A stretch of 64,000 nucleotides of DNA, from assembly GCA_965218695.1 (NCBI GenBank), contig OZ244651.1:2112001-2176000 (forward strand), read 5' to 3'. The notes under the pieces were generated by a model, which did no database searches, was not told the origin of the DNA, and was given only the letters and a program-made list of their open reading frames with translations. Both the position numbers and the translations under genes were made by a program. The DNA comes from Nitrosopumilus sp. (GTDB lineage: Archaea > Thermoproteota > Nitrososphaeria > Nitrososphaerales > Nitrosopumilaceae). Below, in pieces: positions 1 through 10,895 of this stretch (positions within the stretch are counted from its first letter, which is position 1; each line of letters starts with the position of its first letter).

Positions 1-1
1 C

Positions 2-841
2 TGGGTCTGGGGAGGAGGCTACATAGGAGGAGGCTCGTTAGACCTCAATCCGGACCTATCTCCATCGTACGCGCTGGACTTTGCTGGTGGTACTGTCGTA
101 CACATATCTTCAGGATTTGCCGCACTGGCAGGTGCCTTGGTACTTGGCAGAAGGCTCGGATATGGCAAGATTCCAATGGAACCACACAACGTCCCACTCG
201 TAGTCCTCGGCGCAGGAATACTGTGGTTTGGCTGGTTTGGTTTCAACGTTGGAAGCGAGGTTCAGGTCGACGGAATTGCAGTAAGTGCATGGACGGTTAC
301 AAACACCGCAACAGGCATGGCTGTAGTTACGTGGGTTCTGATGTCTTGGGCCCATACCGGAAAACCAAGCATTGTAGGAGCTGCGACAGGGGCAATATCT
401 GGACTGGTTGCGATTACACCCGCATCCGGTTGGGTTGGCCCGATGGCTGCAATCATTATAGGCATTGCAGCCGGCACCATCTGTTACGCGAGCATCGCAT
501 TCAAGAATGCTCGCAAATGGGATGACGCACTCGATGTGTGGGGAGTCCACGGAATGGGCGGTCTCACAGGTGCAGTCCTGACTGGTACCCTTGCAAGTCC
601 ACACATCTGGGACACTGGCGATGGTATTGGTGCATGGACAGGCACTCCGGAAGGAATGGAGCAGCAGGCAATCAGCATTCTCGGCGCCGCAATATCCATA
701 GCATACGCCTTTAGCGTTACGATCGTAATTCTGAAGGTAATGGACGCAGTATGGCCTGGCGGAATCAGGGTCACTCCAAAAGAAGAGGAGATCGGCCTCG
801 ATCTTGCACAGCACGGCGAGAGAGCATACGTCAACGAATAG
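2..841 (+). CDS. amt: Ammonium transporter (Amt family), 5' end outside window
   Basis: Frame open from base 2: WVWGGG, DFAGGTVVH, LWFGWFGFNVGS, GLVAITP, DDALDVWGVHG, EEEIGLDLAQHGERAY. Confidence 0.95.
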   Translation, partial: WVWGGGYIGGGSLDLNPDLSPSYALDFAGGTVVHISSGFAALAGALVLGRRLGYGKIPMEPHNVPLVVLGAGILWFGWFGFNVGSEVQVDGIAVSAWTVTNTATGMAVVTWVLMSWAHTGKPSIVGAATGAISGLVAITPASGWVGPMAAIIIGIAAGTICYASIAFKNARKWDDALDVWGVHGMGGLTGAVLTGTLASPHIWDTGDGIGAWTGTPEGMEQQAISILGAAISIAYAFSVTIVILKVMDAVWPGGIRVTPKEEEIGLDLAQHGERAYVNE

Positions 842-915
842 AAAATACACTTTTCTTTCCTTCTTTTTATTATTTCATGACAAAAAATTTAGATGCGTCC
901 ACCACATACCGACGC

Positions 916-1686
916 ATGCTGGCATCTGTTGCAGAACTCTCCTCAATTCTTGAGGATCCTGATCTTCTGGTTGTCGATACCCGCTCCTTTGCCGAGTACT
1001 CGGCGGGTCACATTCCGGGAGCCGTAAACCTGGATCTGTTTGCGTTTCACTGGATTGATACCACCGCAGACGGAATCAGAAACTTTGGAAGGCAGGCAGC
1101 AGCCCTGTTCTCTGCTGCCGGCGCGGATGGCCGGAAGGTCGTCCTTTATGACAATGTCTCCGGGATGCTGGCAGCCAGGGGACTCTGGATGCTCATGTAT
1201 CTGTCACATCCTGATGCCGTGATGCTGGATGGCGGAATCACAAAATGGCGCAGGGAGGATCTCCGAATCGAGACTGGAACAAACGGGTTCAGGCCATCCG
1301 GGTTCTCCGGAAGGGTGGACCGCAGCCTGATCATCGGCTTTGAGGAGATTCGCGACAACCTAGACTCTCTGGTGGTCGTGGATGCCCGCTCTCCCGGAGA
1401 ATATGAAGGGAGCGTAATCCGGGCTGCTAAGGCAGGCCACATACCTGCATCGCTTAATCTTGACTGGAACCTCAACCTGTCAGAGGACGGTACCTTCAAG
1501 AATCCGGATGACCTGTCCGTGCTGTATCGCATGCCAAGGGATTCCCAAATCGTGACATACTGTCACGGAGGCTACAGAGCCGCACACTCCTTTCTTGCCC
1601 TAAGGAGAGCAGGATTCAAGAATGTCCGGGTGTATCCTGGGTCATGGGGCGAGTGGGGAAACAACATGGATCTTCCAGTTGAATAG
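916..1686 (+). CDS. Tandem-domain rhodanese / thiosulfate sulfurtransferase
   Basis: VVDTRS..EYSAGHIPGAVN, LDGGITKW, active-site YCHGGYRAA, YPGSWGEW; ATG 916 preferred over the ORF-track start that overlaps amt. Confidence 0.9.
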   Translation: MLASVAELSSILEDPDLLVVDTRSFAEYSAGHIPGAVNLDLFAFHWIDTTADGIRNFGRQAAALFSAAGADGRKVVLYDNVSGMLAARGLWMLMYLSHPDAVMLDGGITKWRREDLRIETGTNGFRPSGFSGRVDRSLIIGFEEIRDNLDSLVVVDARSPGEYEGSVIRAAKAGHIPASLNLDWNLNLSEDGTFKNPDDLSVLYRMPRDSQIVTYCHGGYRAAHSFLALRRAGFKNVRVYPGSWGEWGNNMDLPVE

Positions 1687-1766
1687 AGGAACACACTGAT
1701 CCCAGGATGGTAAATTCTGCAAATAATCGTGGCCCGGTTTTGGCAGCAGAACACTCCGAGGGAATG

Positions 1767-3866
1767 TTATCTCCTCTTCCAGACGAACTGGTTGTAGATG
1801 AGCTCCGGTCTTATCTGCCTGAACTGCGGTGCGCCTCCCACATACCACTTTGTAAAGAACTCGTACAGGTGCAGCCTGAGCGACTGGATGTACACGATCA
1901 GCCCCTCAATCATCATGATTCCAAGGTTTCCGCCGATGATCATGGCTATGGCTGCTCCGGACTCGATACCGCCCAGTGATGTAAATGCGTTGTTTACAGT
2001 CAGCAGCAGGGCCGCATGCACCAGCAACATGATGCCCAGCCGGGCGTAGCTTATCGTATGGGCAAGGCTCTCGACGGTCTTTCCTAGGAACACCTCCATG
2101 ATAACACTTGCCGGGTCGCTTCCGTCCTCTGGATGCCTCTTTGCGTGCATGATTCCCCCAATCATCATTATGACCATTGACGCAATCACGATCACTACTG
2201 CAATTCGTGTGACTATCCACACCTGGGCCCACTCTCCCAGAAATACCGTAACCCATGGAACCGCCTCGGTGTGGGCCCTAGAGTACATGTTGATTACATC
2301 GTACTGGGAGCCTATCGCGCACATCATGATGACTACGATTCCGCCGTACAGGGTAAGGTTTGGAATGGACTCCATGAACACTGTCATCCTGTGTCCCTCC
2401 TTTAGGAGCCTGATTATTCTCAGAGTCATTGCCCACACCAAGTGGACGATCCCCAAGAAGAGCGATACCTTGAGTATGTCAATTACCTGGTCAAATGTCA
2501 GTTCTGCAACACTGAGTATTCCGACTATCCAACTGACAGAGTACAGTGCCCCGCCCTCCTCAAGCAGGCCTTCAAAGGGTGTCAAGTGATCCAGATGGTA
2601 GCCAAACGCCTCTCCTGCACCAACTCCGGCTATTGCAGCCGATGCGCCGGATATGGCAATGAGCATCCCCCATCTGGACAGCTCGCCCTGCCCCTTCATC
2701 TTGAAGAGCAGGCCCATCCCCATGAGGAGCAGCCCGTGGCCCATGTCTGCAAACATAAGTCCGTAGAAGATTGGCCACATCAGTGCAATCATCGGAGTGG
2801 GATCCGGTTCCCCGCGCTTTGGAATCCCCTGGCTCTTTGTAATGACTTCGAATGTTCGGACAAACCGCTTGTTGTCAAAGAGCGTTGGAATCTGTTTTAT
2901 CTGGTCAGGTTCCGTGACCTCCTCCACCACGGACATCCACTTCTTTGTCAGATCTGTAAACTTTGACTCCATCTTTTTTGGGATGAAGCCCTGGATTAGT
3001 GCAAAATTCTTGGTGCCGCCGGGCTTTCTCAGGGTTTCAAGGACATCCTTTGTCACCATGGCCTTTTCGTGAAGGGCAAGTATGTCGCGTCTGAGCTTCT
3101 TTGCAAGTCCTGCCAGTTCTTTTGTCATTGCAGCCTTGCTTACATCCAACTCCTTGATCTTTGCCTCTACCTGGCCGTAGGCCTGGCTTGGAACCTGTGG
3201 GAATCCGTCTGGAATCCTGAACGGGTTTGAGTTAAAGTTTCTTAGAACCTTGAGAACCTTCTCAGAGTCTGCCGCACCCGCAATTACCACTACTGCTGAC
3301 TTGTTCTTGCCTTCCAGCTCGTATCTGGTGAGTGCTACCCTGTCAAGGGAACGGTCTATCTCCTCAAAGTCCTGCGTTTCAATCACAAAGAGGCCTGTAA
3401 AGAAGTGCCTTGTAAGGCCGAATCCCGAAAGATCGATATTCATCCTCCTGACCACCTCTAGCGTCTCCTTGACGGCTTTGTACTCCTCGATGGACGATCT
3501 TGTAGAATCTATGTCCTTTAGCAGTTTTGCAGGCCTGTCAATGACCGACGGGACCTCGCCCTCTATCCCTGAGACCATCTCTGCAACCTCCCCAATCTCA
3601 TAGTCCTTCTTTTTGATTACCGTGCCCTTGAAGAGAATCTCCATTATGCCCACAGTGGAAGGAATGTTTATGCCCTTGAGGACCTCGTCAATCGACTGGA
3701 ACGACTGCTGCGCCCTTAGCAGGAGATCATCTATCTCAGGCGTCACCCGGTCATCCGAGGAATCGACCTTGTGGAACCACTCAAATTCAGTCAATCTTGA
3801 AATGGCCTTTGGCGATTCGCCCCTTGGTAGGATGACGGTTCCCAGTCGTATGTCTGCAGTTGCCAA
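1767..3866 (-). CDS. atpI: A-type ATP synthase subunit I (a)
   Basis: 699 aa, soluble N-half and hydrophobic C-half; DPTP..WPIFYGLMFADMGHG, HTISYARL, IQSLRLHLYEFFTKWY. Confidence 0.95.
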   Translation of the reverse strand: MATADIRLGTVILPRGESPKAISRLTEFEWFHKVDSSDDRVTPEIDDLLLRAQQSFQSIDEVLKGINIPSTVGIMEILFKGTVIKKKDYEIGEVAEMVSGIEGEVPSVIDRPAKLLKDIDSTRSSIEEYKAVKETLEVVRRMNIDLSGFGLTRHFFTGLFVIETQDFEEIDRSLDRVALTRYELEGKNKSAVVVIAGAADSEKVLKVLRNFNSNPFRIPDGFPQVPSQAYGQVEAKIKELDVSKAAMTKELAGLAKKLRRDILALHEKAMVTKDVLETLRKPGGTKNFALIQGFIPKKMESKFTDLTKKWMSVVEEVTEPDQIKQIPTLFDNKRFVRTFEVITKSQGIPKRGEPDPTPMIALMWPIFYGLMFADMGHGLLLMGMGLLFKMKGQGELSRWGMLIAISGASAAIAGVGAGEAFGYHLDHLTPFEGLLEEGGALYSVSWIVGILSVAELTFDQVIDILKVSLFLGIVHLVWAMTLRIIRLLKEGHRMTVFMESIPNLTLYGGIVVIMMCAIGSQYDVINMYSRAHTEAVPWVTVFLGEWAQVWIVTRIAVVIVIASMVIMMIGGIMHAKRHPEDGSDPASVIMEVFLGKTVESLAHTISYARLGIMLLVHAALLLTVNNAFTSLGGIESGAAIAMIIGGNLGIMMIEGLIVYIQSLRLHLYEFFTKWYVGGAPQFRQIRPELIYNQFVWKRR

Positions 3867-4000
3867 GACAAGTTTGGGGTATTTCCATTGTGTTTAATAC
3901 CTTTCTGATTTTATGACTGAGGCCGGGGTGGGGGAGTGGGGATCTTGAAAGAATCCAGATCTTTCCAAACATTAAAATCTATTATGACTCAACGCCTCCC

Positions 4001-4600
4001 ATGACGCCTGATTTGGCACTGGAGGTCACGATCGACAAGATTTTGGCAAACACCGACAAGGAGATCATCTCAGGCACTAGATCCGTGTATGAAAAGTCCC
4101 TCCAAAGACTCGACGACGCAGCCAAGATGCTTGAGGGAGAGTACGAAAGGATAATCTCTGATGGCAATAGGGAGGCTGACAAGATCTCAAGGCAGATCAT
4201 TGGAAGCGCCGATCTTGAGGCCAGAAACCAGCAGCTGATAACAGTCGAGGATGCAGTGGTTAGGGTGTTCTCCCAGGCACTTGACGGAATAGCCGACGCC
4301 AAACGGGATAAAGAGTACGAGGGTCTGATCAGGACCCTTTTGAGGGAGACCGTCGAGATTATGGGAACCTCGGATATTACAATATTTACAAATGAACAGG
4401 ATCGGACCGTGGTGCAGTCCGTACTCTCAGAGTTTCCGGGGATCGAGCTGTCCTCTGATGTGGTAGAGTGCCTTGGAGGTATTACTGCAAAGTCACAAGA
4501 CGGCTCCATGACCTTTGACAATACCATTGATGCAAAACTAAAACGTCTGAAGCCTTTAATAAGGAAAGAAATTGCATCCAAATTCGGAGTAGGAGATTAG
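4001..4600 (+). CDS. atpE: A-type ATP synthase subunit E
   Basis: Coiled-coil N-terminus, C-terminal GGITAKSQDGSMTFDNT; first gene of the E-A-B-D run. Confidence 0.88.
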   Translation: MTPDLALEVTIDKILANTDKEIISGTRSVYEKSLQRLDDAAKMLEGEYERIISDGNREADKISRQIIGSADLEARNQQLITVEDAVVRVFSQALDGIADAKRDKEYEGLIRTLLRETVEIMGTSDITIFTNEQDRTVVQSVLSEFPGIELSSDVVECLGGITAKSQDGSMTFDNTIDAKLKRLKPLIRKEIASKFGVGD

Positions 4601-4603
4601 GAT

Positions 4604-6382
4604 ATGGTAGCTCAGGGTAGAATTGTTTGGGTTAGCGGTCCGGCCGTGAGGGCTGATGGCATGTCCGAGGCAAAAATGTATGAGACTGTGACCGTAGGCG
4701 ATTCCAAGCTGATAGGTGAGGTGATCCGGCTTACCGGTGATGTTGCATTTATCCAGGTGTATGAGTCGACCAGCGGACTGAAGCCAGGTGAGCCTGTCAT
4801 AGGTACCGGAAACCCGCTCAGTGTAATGCTGGGACCGGGAATCATAGGACAGCTGTATGACGGGATTCAGAGGCCTCTCCGGGAACTCTCGAAGGCATCC
4901 GGTTCGTTCATCGGCAGGGGCATTGTCACCACCCCGATAGACATGACCAAAAAGTATCATTTTGTTCCAACTGTAAACAACGGTGACGAGGTGACAGCAG
5001 GAAACGTAATTGGAACCGTTCAGGAGACGGATCTCATAGAGCACCATATCATGGTTCCACCGGATCATCCGGGCGGGCAGATCTCAGGGATGGTGCCTGA
5101 GGGCGATTATGATCTAGAGACGGTTCTTGCAACGACTCAGAAGGACGGCCAGAGTACGGATCTAAAGATGTATCACAAGTGGCCCGTCCGAAAACCCCGT
5201 CCATACAAGGACAGGTACGATCCGACAGTGCCGCTACTGACAGGGCAGCGTGTCATTGATACGTTCTTTCCAATAGCAAAGGGAGGAACGGGTTCGATTC
5301 CGGGAGCGTTCGGAACCGGCAAGACTGTAACCCTTCACCAGATTGCCAAGTGGGCCGACTCGCAGGTGGTCGTGTATATCGGCTGCGGTGAGAGAGGCAA
5401 CGAGATGACTGAGGTGCTTGTGGAGTTCCCACACCTGAAGGATCCGCGAAGCGGAAAGCCGCTCATGGACCGGACAGTTCTTGTGGCAAACACCAGCAAC
5501 ATGCCGGTGGCTGCAAGGGAGGCTAGCATCTACACGGGTGTGACGATTGCAGAATACTATCGGGACATGGGCAAGGACGTAGTGCTTGTAGCAGATTCCA
5601 CCAGCAGATGGGCAGAGGCACTCAGGGAGATGAGCGGAAGACTCGAGGAGATGCCTGCAGAGGAGGGTTATCCGTCATACCTTGCATCAAGGCTGGCAGA
5701 ATTTTATGAGAGGGCAGGCCGTGTAAGGGCCGCCGGCAGTCCTGACCGCGACGGTTCTGTAACCCTGGTAGGTGCAGTGTCCCCATCAGGCGGCGACTTT
5801 ACAGAGCCGGTTACGACTCACACCATGAGATTCATCAAGACCTTCTGGGCTCTGGATGCAAATCTTGCATACTCTAGACACTACCCGTCAATCAACTGGA
5901 TGAGCAGCTACTCGGGGTATCTTGCAGATGTCGCAAAGTGGTGGGGCCAGAACATCCACGAGGACTGGCTTAACCTGCGAAGCGAAGCGTACGGCGTCCT
6001 GCAGAGGGAGGAGACCCTAAAGGAGATTGTTAGGCTTTTGGGTCCTGAGGCGCTTCCAGACGAGGAGAAGCTGATACTTGAGGTTGCAAGAATGATCAAG
6101 ATCGGACTGTTGCAACAAAACTCGTTTGACGATGTGGATACATACTGCAGTCCTGAAAAACAGTACAAGCTCCTCAAACTGATGGTGGACTTTTACAAGA
6201 GTGGCCAGCATGCACTCAAGGAGGGCGCCAATCTTAACGACATCAAGAACCTGCCGATCCAGTCCTCGCTTCTCAAGGCGCGAATGGATATCAAGGACGA
6301 TGAGATCTCAAAACTCGATCAGTTTGAAGTGCTGATGCAGGAGCAGTTCGAGAGTATAATGGGAGTCAAGATATTAAGTTGA
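4604..6382 (+). CDS. atpA: A-type ATP synthase subunit A
   Basis: [44 protein letters not shown]; no intein. Confidence 0.98.
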   Translation: MVAQGRIVWVSGPAVRADGMSEAKMYETVTVGDSKLIGEVIRLTGDVAFIQVYESTSGLKPGEPVIGTGNPLSVMLGPGIIGQLYDGIQRPLRELSKASGSFIGRGIVTTPIDMTKKYHFVPTVNNGDEVTAGNVIGTVQETDLIEHHIMVPPDHPGGQISGMVPEGDYDLETVLATTQKDGQSTDLKMYHKWPVRKPRPYKDRYDPTVPLLTGQRVIDTFFPIAKGGTGSIPGAFGTGKTVTLHQIAKWADSQVVVYIGCGERGNEMTEVLVEFPHLKDPRSGKPLMDRTVLVANTSNMPVAAREASIYTGVTIAEYYRDMGKDVVLVADSTSRWAEALREMSGRLEEMPAEEGYPSYLASRLAEFYERAGRVRAAGSPDRDGSVTLVGAVSPSGGDFTEPVTTHTMRFIKTFWALDANLAYSRHYPSINWMSSYSGYLADVAKWWGQNIHEDWLNLRSEAYGVLQREETLKEIVRLLGPEALPDEEKLILEVARMIKIGLLQQNSFDDVDTYCSPEKQYKLLKLMVDFYKSGQHALKEGANLNDIKNLPIQSSLLKARMDIKDDEISKLDQFEVLMQEQFESIMGVKILS

Positions 6383-7764
6383 CGGCGCAGGGCGGAGTCC
6401 AGTACAGCAAGATTGCAGAGATCAAGGGTCCACTGGTAGTAGTTGACGAGGTTGAAAACGCCGCCTTTGACGAACTGGTAGAAGTAGATACCAACGACGG
6501 CCAGAGGAGACTCGGCAAGGTGCTTGAAGTGGGAAACGGCAAGGCCATAGTACAGGTCTTTGAGGGAACCACCGGACTGTCAATTGCCGGAACAAGCGCA
6601 AAATTCGTAGGCAAGGTAATGGAGATGCCCGTATCCCGGGAGGTATTGGGCAGGGTCTTTGACGGACTGGGCAGGCCAAAGGACGGACTTCCCGATCCAA
6701 TAGCCGACAAGTTTATCGATATCAACGGGGAGCCAATGAATCCAGAACAGCGCCAGTATCCAAAGGACTTCATTCAGACAGGCGTCTCGGTGATCGACGG
6801 CATGATCACACTTGTCCGGGGGCAGAAGCTTCCAATCTTTTCAGGCTCTGGAATGTCCCACAATCTGCTTGCCGCACAGATAGCACGGCAGGCCAGTGTG
6901 GTCGGCACCGACGACGACTTTGCCGTGGTGTTTGCAGCCATCGGCGTGCAGTACAGCGAGGCCGAGTACTTTAGAAGGAGCCTTGAAGAATCCGGCGCCC
7001 TGAAGAGAAGCGTACTGTTTCTCAATCTGGCAGATGATCCTGCCATCGAGAGGATCATCACGCCCCGTGTGGCACTTACCGTCGCAGAGTATCTGGCATT
7101 TGAGCTTAACATGCACGTACTGGTAATCCTGACTGACATGACAAACTATGCCGAGGCACTCAGGGAGATCAGCGCAGCAAGAGAAGAGGTTCCGGGACGA
7201 AAGGGGTATCCGGGATACCTGTATACCGATCTCTCCACAATATACGAGCGTGCCGGCAAACTGGAAGGCAGGACGGGAAGCGTTACCCAGGTGCCAATCC
7301 TCTCAATGCCCTCTGATGATATCACCCACCCGATTCCGGATCTTACCGGATACATTACAGAGGGACAGATAGTGCTGGGACGGAATCTCTTCAGACAGGG
7401 AGTCTATCCGCCGGTAAACATACTGATGAGCCTGAGCAGACTCATGAAGGACGGAATAGGCAAGGGAAGCACAAGAGAGGAACACAGCGAAATATCAAAC
7501 CAGAATTATGACTTCTACGCTAGAGCACAGGAGGTTCGGGCACTGGCAGGAATCGTAGGCAAGGCCGGACTGACTGAGATTGATCTACAGTACATGGATG
7601 CAGGGGATGCCTTTGAAAAGGAGTTCCTCTCACAAAAAATCGACGAGAACCGCACAATCGACGAGACGCTGGGCATACTCTGGAAGATTGCCTCAAAACT
7701 GCCAAAGAATGAACTGACAAAGGTTAAGGACAAATACGTAGAGCAGTTCTATCAGGACAAGTAG
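6379..7764 (+). CDS. atpB: A-type ATP synthase subunit B
   Basis: [48 protein letters not shown]. Confidence 0.98.
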   Translation: MTAQGGVQYSKIAEIKGPLVVVDEVENAAFDELVEVDTNDGQRRLGKVLEVGNGKAIVQVFEGTTGLSIAGTSAKFVGKVMEMPVSREVLGRVFDGLGRPKDGLPDPIADKFIDINGEPMNPEQRQYPKDFIQTGVSVIDGMITLVRGQKLPIFSGSGMSHNLLAAQIARQASVVGTDDDFAVVFAAIGVQYSEAEYFRRSLEESGALKRSVLFLNLADDPAIERIITPRVALTVAEYLAFELNMHVLVILTDMTNYAEALREISAAREEVPGRKGYPGYLYTDLSTIYERAGKLEGRTGSVTQVPILSMPSDDITHPIPDLTGYITEGQIVLGRNLFRQGVYPPVNILMSLSRLMKDGIGKGSTREEHSEISNQNYDFYARAQEVRALAGIVGKAGLTEIDLQYMDAGDAFEKEFLSQKIDENRTIDETLGILWKIASKLPKNELTKVKDKYVEQFYQDK

Positions 7765-7766
7765 AC

Positions 7767-8399
7767 ATGTCGTTTGGACAAAATGTGGCTGCGACCAAGA
7801 TCGAGCTGTTCAAGTACAAGCGTTCCCGCCAGGTCGCAATCATGGTGCAGAAGATTCTTGACGACAAGCGCAAGGTGCTTTTAAAGAACATTGAGGAGAT
7901 GATCGTAGAGGCCTCCAAGGCAAGGGGCGGAATCTGGGATCCGCTCCAGGACATCTACAAGTCTGTAAACGAGGCGTATCTTTCCCTAGGTACAAGCACC
8001 GTAGACTCTGTTGCAGAGTCCACCCCGCCCGTCATGGAAGTCGACGTCAACGTGCGAAGGGTAGTCGATGTCAAGATTCCGACACTGTCAGTAACCGAAA
8101 GCGATACCCGCTCCATGCCGTACGGCTTTGCCGACACAAACTCGTCGATCGATAGGGCATCAAAGCAGATAAAGGAGCTGCTCCCGAAGATCTGCAAGGC
8201 TGCCGAACACGAAAACTCCATATTCAGTCTTGCAAAGGCACTGGAGAAGACACAAAAGCTCCTCAACGCACTTGAAAACGTCATTATCCCGCAGTACAAG
8301 GAGAGGATCCGGTTCATCCTTGCGACCATAGAGGAGAGGGAGCGGGAGGAATTCGCAAAGTTAAAAAAAGTGAAGGCAAAGATGGAGAGCAAGAAATAA
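7767..8399 (+). CDS. atpD: A-type ATP synthase subunit D
   Basis: ATKIEL..K, LNALENVIIP, EEREREEFAKLKKVK. Confidence 0.95.
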   Translation: MSFGQNVAATKIELFKYKRSRQVAIMVQKILDDKRKVLLKNIEEMIVEASKARGGIWDPLQDIYKSVNEAYLSLGTSTVDSVAESTPPVMEVDVNVRRVVDVKIPTLSVTESDTRSMPYGFADTNSSIDRASKQIKELLPKICKAAEHENSIFSLAKALEKTQKLLNALENVIIPQYKERIRFILATIEEREREEFAKLKKVKAKMESKK

Positions 8400-8530
8400 T
8401 GGCAAAAGACGAGATTAAGAGGCTGATTGAGGACTCCAAAAAGGCACTGGGTGCAGACTATGACGCCTTTGAGAAGTCCATTAAGGAAGATCTGGCCTCG
8501 TTCAAAAAGAATGCACTGGATCGAATCTGA
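8399..8530 (+). CDS. 43-aa helical protein coupled to atpD (MAKDEIKRLIEDSKKALGADYDAFEKSIKEDLASFKKNALDRI)
   Basis: Translated by hand; TAATG stop/start overlap with atpD; charged amphipathic composition. Confidence 0.65.
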   Translation: MAKDEIKRLIEDSKKALGADYDAFEKSIKEDLASFKKNALDRI

Positions 8531-8774
8531 CTCCCAGCCAGGATCCTATAGTGCGGTCCTGTGAATATCACCATTGTGCAGAGCCGATGTCTGCCATCAG
8601 CAGTCCGTGGCACCTGTAGGATGACATCTTGCGCTTGACTGCCAAGACGGCATGATTCTTGGACAATACACTAGGCAGCAGATCCTAGACGAGAATGTAC
8701 GGACTCGTCGTCCAATACAGTCCTAGGCACGAATTTGCAATGAATTATGCCTGTGGTTATAATGGATAAGTGCG

Positions 8775-9990
8775 GTAAGCGTTCACGTCCCCCCCTCCTT
8801 GACACTGCACCCACTCCATGCCAATCATCCTAATGCACAGGCATCAAACAACACAAACCAATGAATGAATTTTTTCCAAATCTGTGCTTAAAATGACAAC
8901 GCATGATTCAGTAAACGATGAATCCACATGAAACATGCGCGTCAATATCCATGCACGGAATCAATATTTAAAAAAACCGATCCGGCATCCACGGGATGCC
9001 ACGGGCAGGTGTCCCTTTAGGCATGACCCCCCCAAAATCTGAAAAACTGATCCTGCAGGCGGAACTGCGCCGCGCATGGGGAGTGGTGGATTGTCTGATC
9101 GGGGTGGCCGTTTGTGGCAGACATGTACCGTGGAGGCAACGCCTTTGGGGGAGAGTTCCAGTCGTGCTTTGTGCACGTGAACCGCAAGAGCGAGGGCCTG
9201 GCCATTCGTCACGGCACCGGCTCGTTTGAGTACGTCCTGTACGTCATGATGCGCCGCATATACCATGACGCCAAGGCAGCAGCTGCCAGGACGCTCGAGA
9301 TGGCCGGGGGACCGGCACGGTCTGCCTGCGACATCGGCACCGCCGTCAGGACCGTCCCGGGACTGGCAGAACACGTCGAGTCAAGCCGGTCGGCCCTGCT
9401 CAAGCGCCTCCAAAAGGTGGCCCATGCATACCGGAACGGCGCAGTCTCTGATGATGACAGCCGCAAGTTTGCAGACACGCTTGAAAACGCCATCCCGCAC
9501 CTCCTCACGTTCATCGGACATCCCGGGATGGAAGGCAGCACCAACGCCTGCGAGAGGACCATACGCGGGTATGTCGTAAGGCCGCGCAACATACAGCGCA
9601 TACTTCCGAACTGGCGCGCCGCAGACAACCTTGCCACGCTCCAGACGATCCACGCCACGTGCGCAAAACGCGGAATATTCTCAGGCGACGCGGTCACCGC
9701 ATGCGACTCGTGGAACATGTTCGAGGCCGGGACGCCGCCGCCGATATTTCAGAATCTCAAATAATCGCGCCACGACATCCCGCAGATCCTAGTCGTTGCC
9801 GCACCATCTTGGCAGGATGCGTTGCAGATCATGCCACAAAAAGCCCCAGGCCTGCCTGCAGGATGACATTGCCATGCATTTTCACACCGACGTGTCTTCT
9901 GGTGGATGCTTCCATGATGGAGTCAATCACATGCCCATGTATGACATCCCAACTAACGTGGAATTGGCAAGGGGGGAGGTGAACGCGTAC
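8775..9990 (+). mobile_element. IS66-family element with internal deletion (1216 bp)
   Basis: Ends GTAAGCGTTCACGTCCCCCC / GGGGGGAGGTGAACGCGTAC; 8-bp TSD TAAGTGCG at 8767-8774 and 9991-9998. Confidence 0.92.
9023..9764 (+). pseudogene. Truncated IS66 transposase (N-terminal stub joined out of frame to the C-terminal part)
   Basis: Matches the start (PKSEKLILQAELRR) and C-terminus (ADMYR..Q.CFVHV.RK, TNACERTIR) of the 20571-22289 transposase, with ~1 kb missing. Confidence 0.85.
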
Positions 9991-10020
9991 TAAGTGCGTA
10001 CCATGAGAATTCTACCATGA

Positions 10021-10028
10021 TTTAAATA
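10021..10028 (+). promoter_or_regulatory. TATA box of atpK
   Basis: TTTAAATA about 27-34 nt upstream of ATG 10055. Confidence 0.5.
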
Positions 10029-10054
10029 TGGATCTGAACGAGCCTCAAACATCA

Positions 10055-10357
10055 ATGAAAACTATAGCCTTGTTACTTTTGGTAGCATCAGCGGTTTCAA
10101 TTCTGGGCTCTACCGGAGTTGCATTTGCACAAGACGATGCATCCAGCGGTGACTCTATGAAGCTTCTGGGTGCTGGTCTGGCCTTTGGTATCGCAGCCGG
10201 GGGAGCTGGAATAGGTCTTGGTCAGGTGGGTGCAGCAGGTCTTGCAGTCATCAGTGAGAATCCGGCACTGCAGTCCAAAGTATTCATCTTCGTAGGCATG
10301 GTTGAATCCATCGCAATCTACGGCATAGTCATGATGTTTATCATACTGGGACAATAG
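10055..10357 (+). CDS. atpK: A-type ATP synthase proteolipid subunit K (c) with signal-like leader
   Basis: LLGAGLAFGIAAGGAGIGLG..ENP..GMVESIAIYG with the ion-binding Glu. Confidence 0.95.
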   Translation: MKTIALLLLVASAVSILGSTGVAFAQDDASSGDSMKLLGAGLAFGIAAGGAGIGLGQVGAAGLAVISENPALQSKVFIFVGMVESIAIYGIVMMFIILGQ

Positions 10358-10393
10358 TTCTGACTAGATATTTTTCAACTCAAAATTTTTATC

Positions 10394-10855
10394 CTAATTA
10401 TATCTCAACTGGTCTATATCCAGTATTCTTGCACAGTACCTGCATCTGAGCACCCTGCCCTCCCTGTCCACCAGCTCCATGACGGATTCGATGTGTTCTT
10501 GGCTGTTTGTTATGCAGCCCGGATTCGGGCACTTGAAGATCCGCTCTATCTCGTTTGGAATGGCGACCCTTCTCTTCTCCATAAGCTTGTAGTTCCTTAT
10601 CATATTGATGGTGGCGCTAGGGGCGATCACTGCCAGCTTGTTTGTATCGTCATCCCTGAGGAACCTGTTCTCCACCTTGATAATGTCCTTCTTTCTGAAC
10701 TTGCCGCTTGGGACGTTGAGGGCGATGGTAATCAGACCTCCGTCCCCGTCGTTGAGCCCCAGCGCGTCAAGAACGCGAAGGCCCCTGCCTGCATCAATAT
10801 GGTCAATCACGGTCCCCTCACGGATTCGTCGAACCAGAAGCTCGGACTCTTCCAT
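10394..10855 (-). CDS. pyrI: Aspartate carbamoyltransferase regulatory chain
   Basis: IREGTVIDHI, KKDIIKVE, CPNPGCITN, RCRYC. Confidence 0.96.
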   Translation of the reverse strand: MEESELLVRRIREGTVIDHIDAGRGLRVLDALGLNDGDGGLITIALNVPSGKFRKKDIIKVENRFLRDDDTNKLAVIAPSATINMIRNYKLMEKRRVAIPNEIERIFKCPNPGCITNSQEHIESVMELVDREGRVLRCRYCARILDIDQLRYN

Positions 10856-10895
10856 AAAAATACTTGTATAGCCACTTGTATATATCATTGAGAAT

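Noticed and set aside
4604-6382. Intein in atpA (also checked nrdJ)
   Set aside because: Normal lengths, contiguous motifs, no splice-junction signatures
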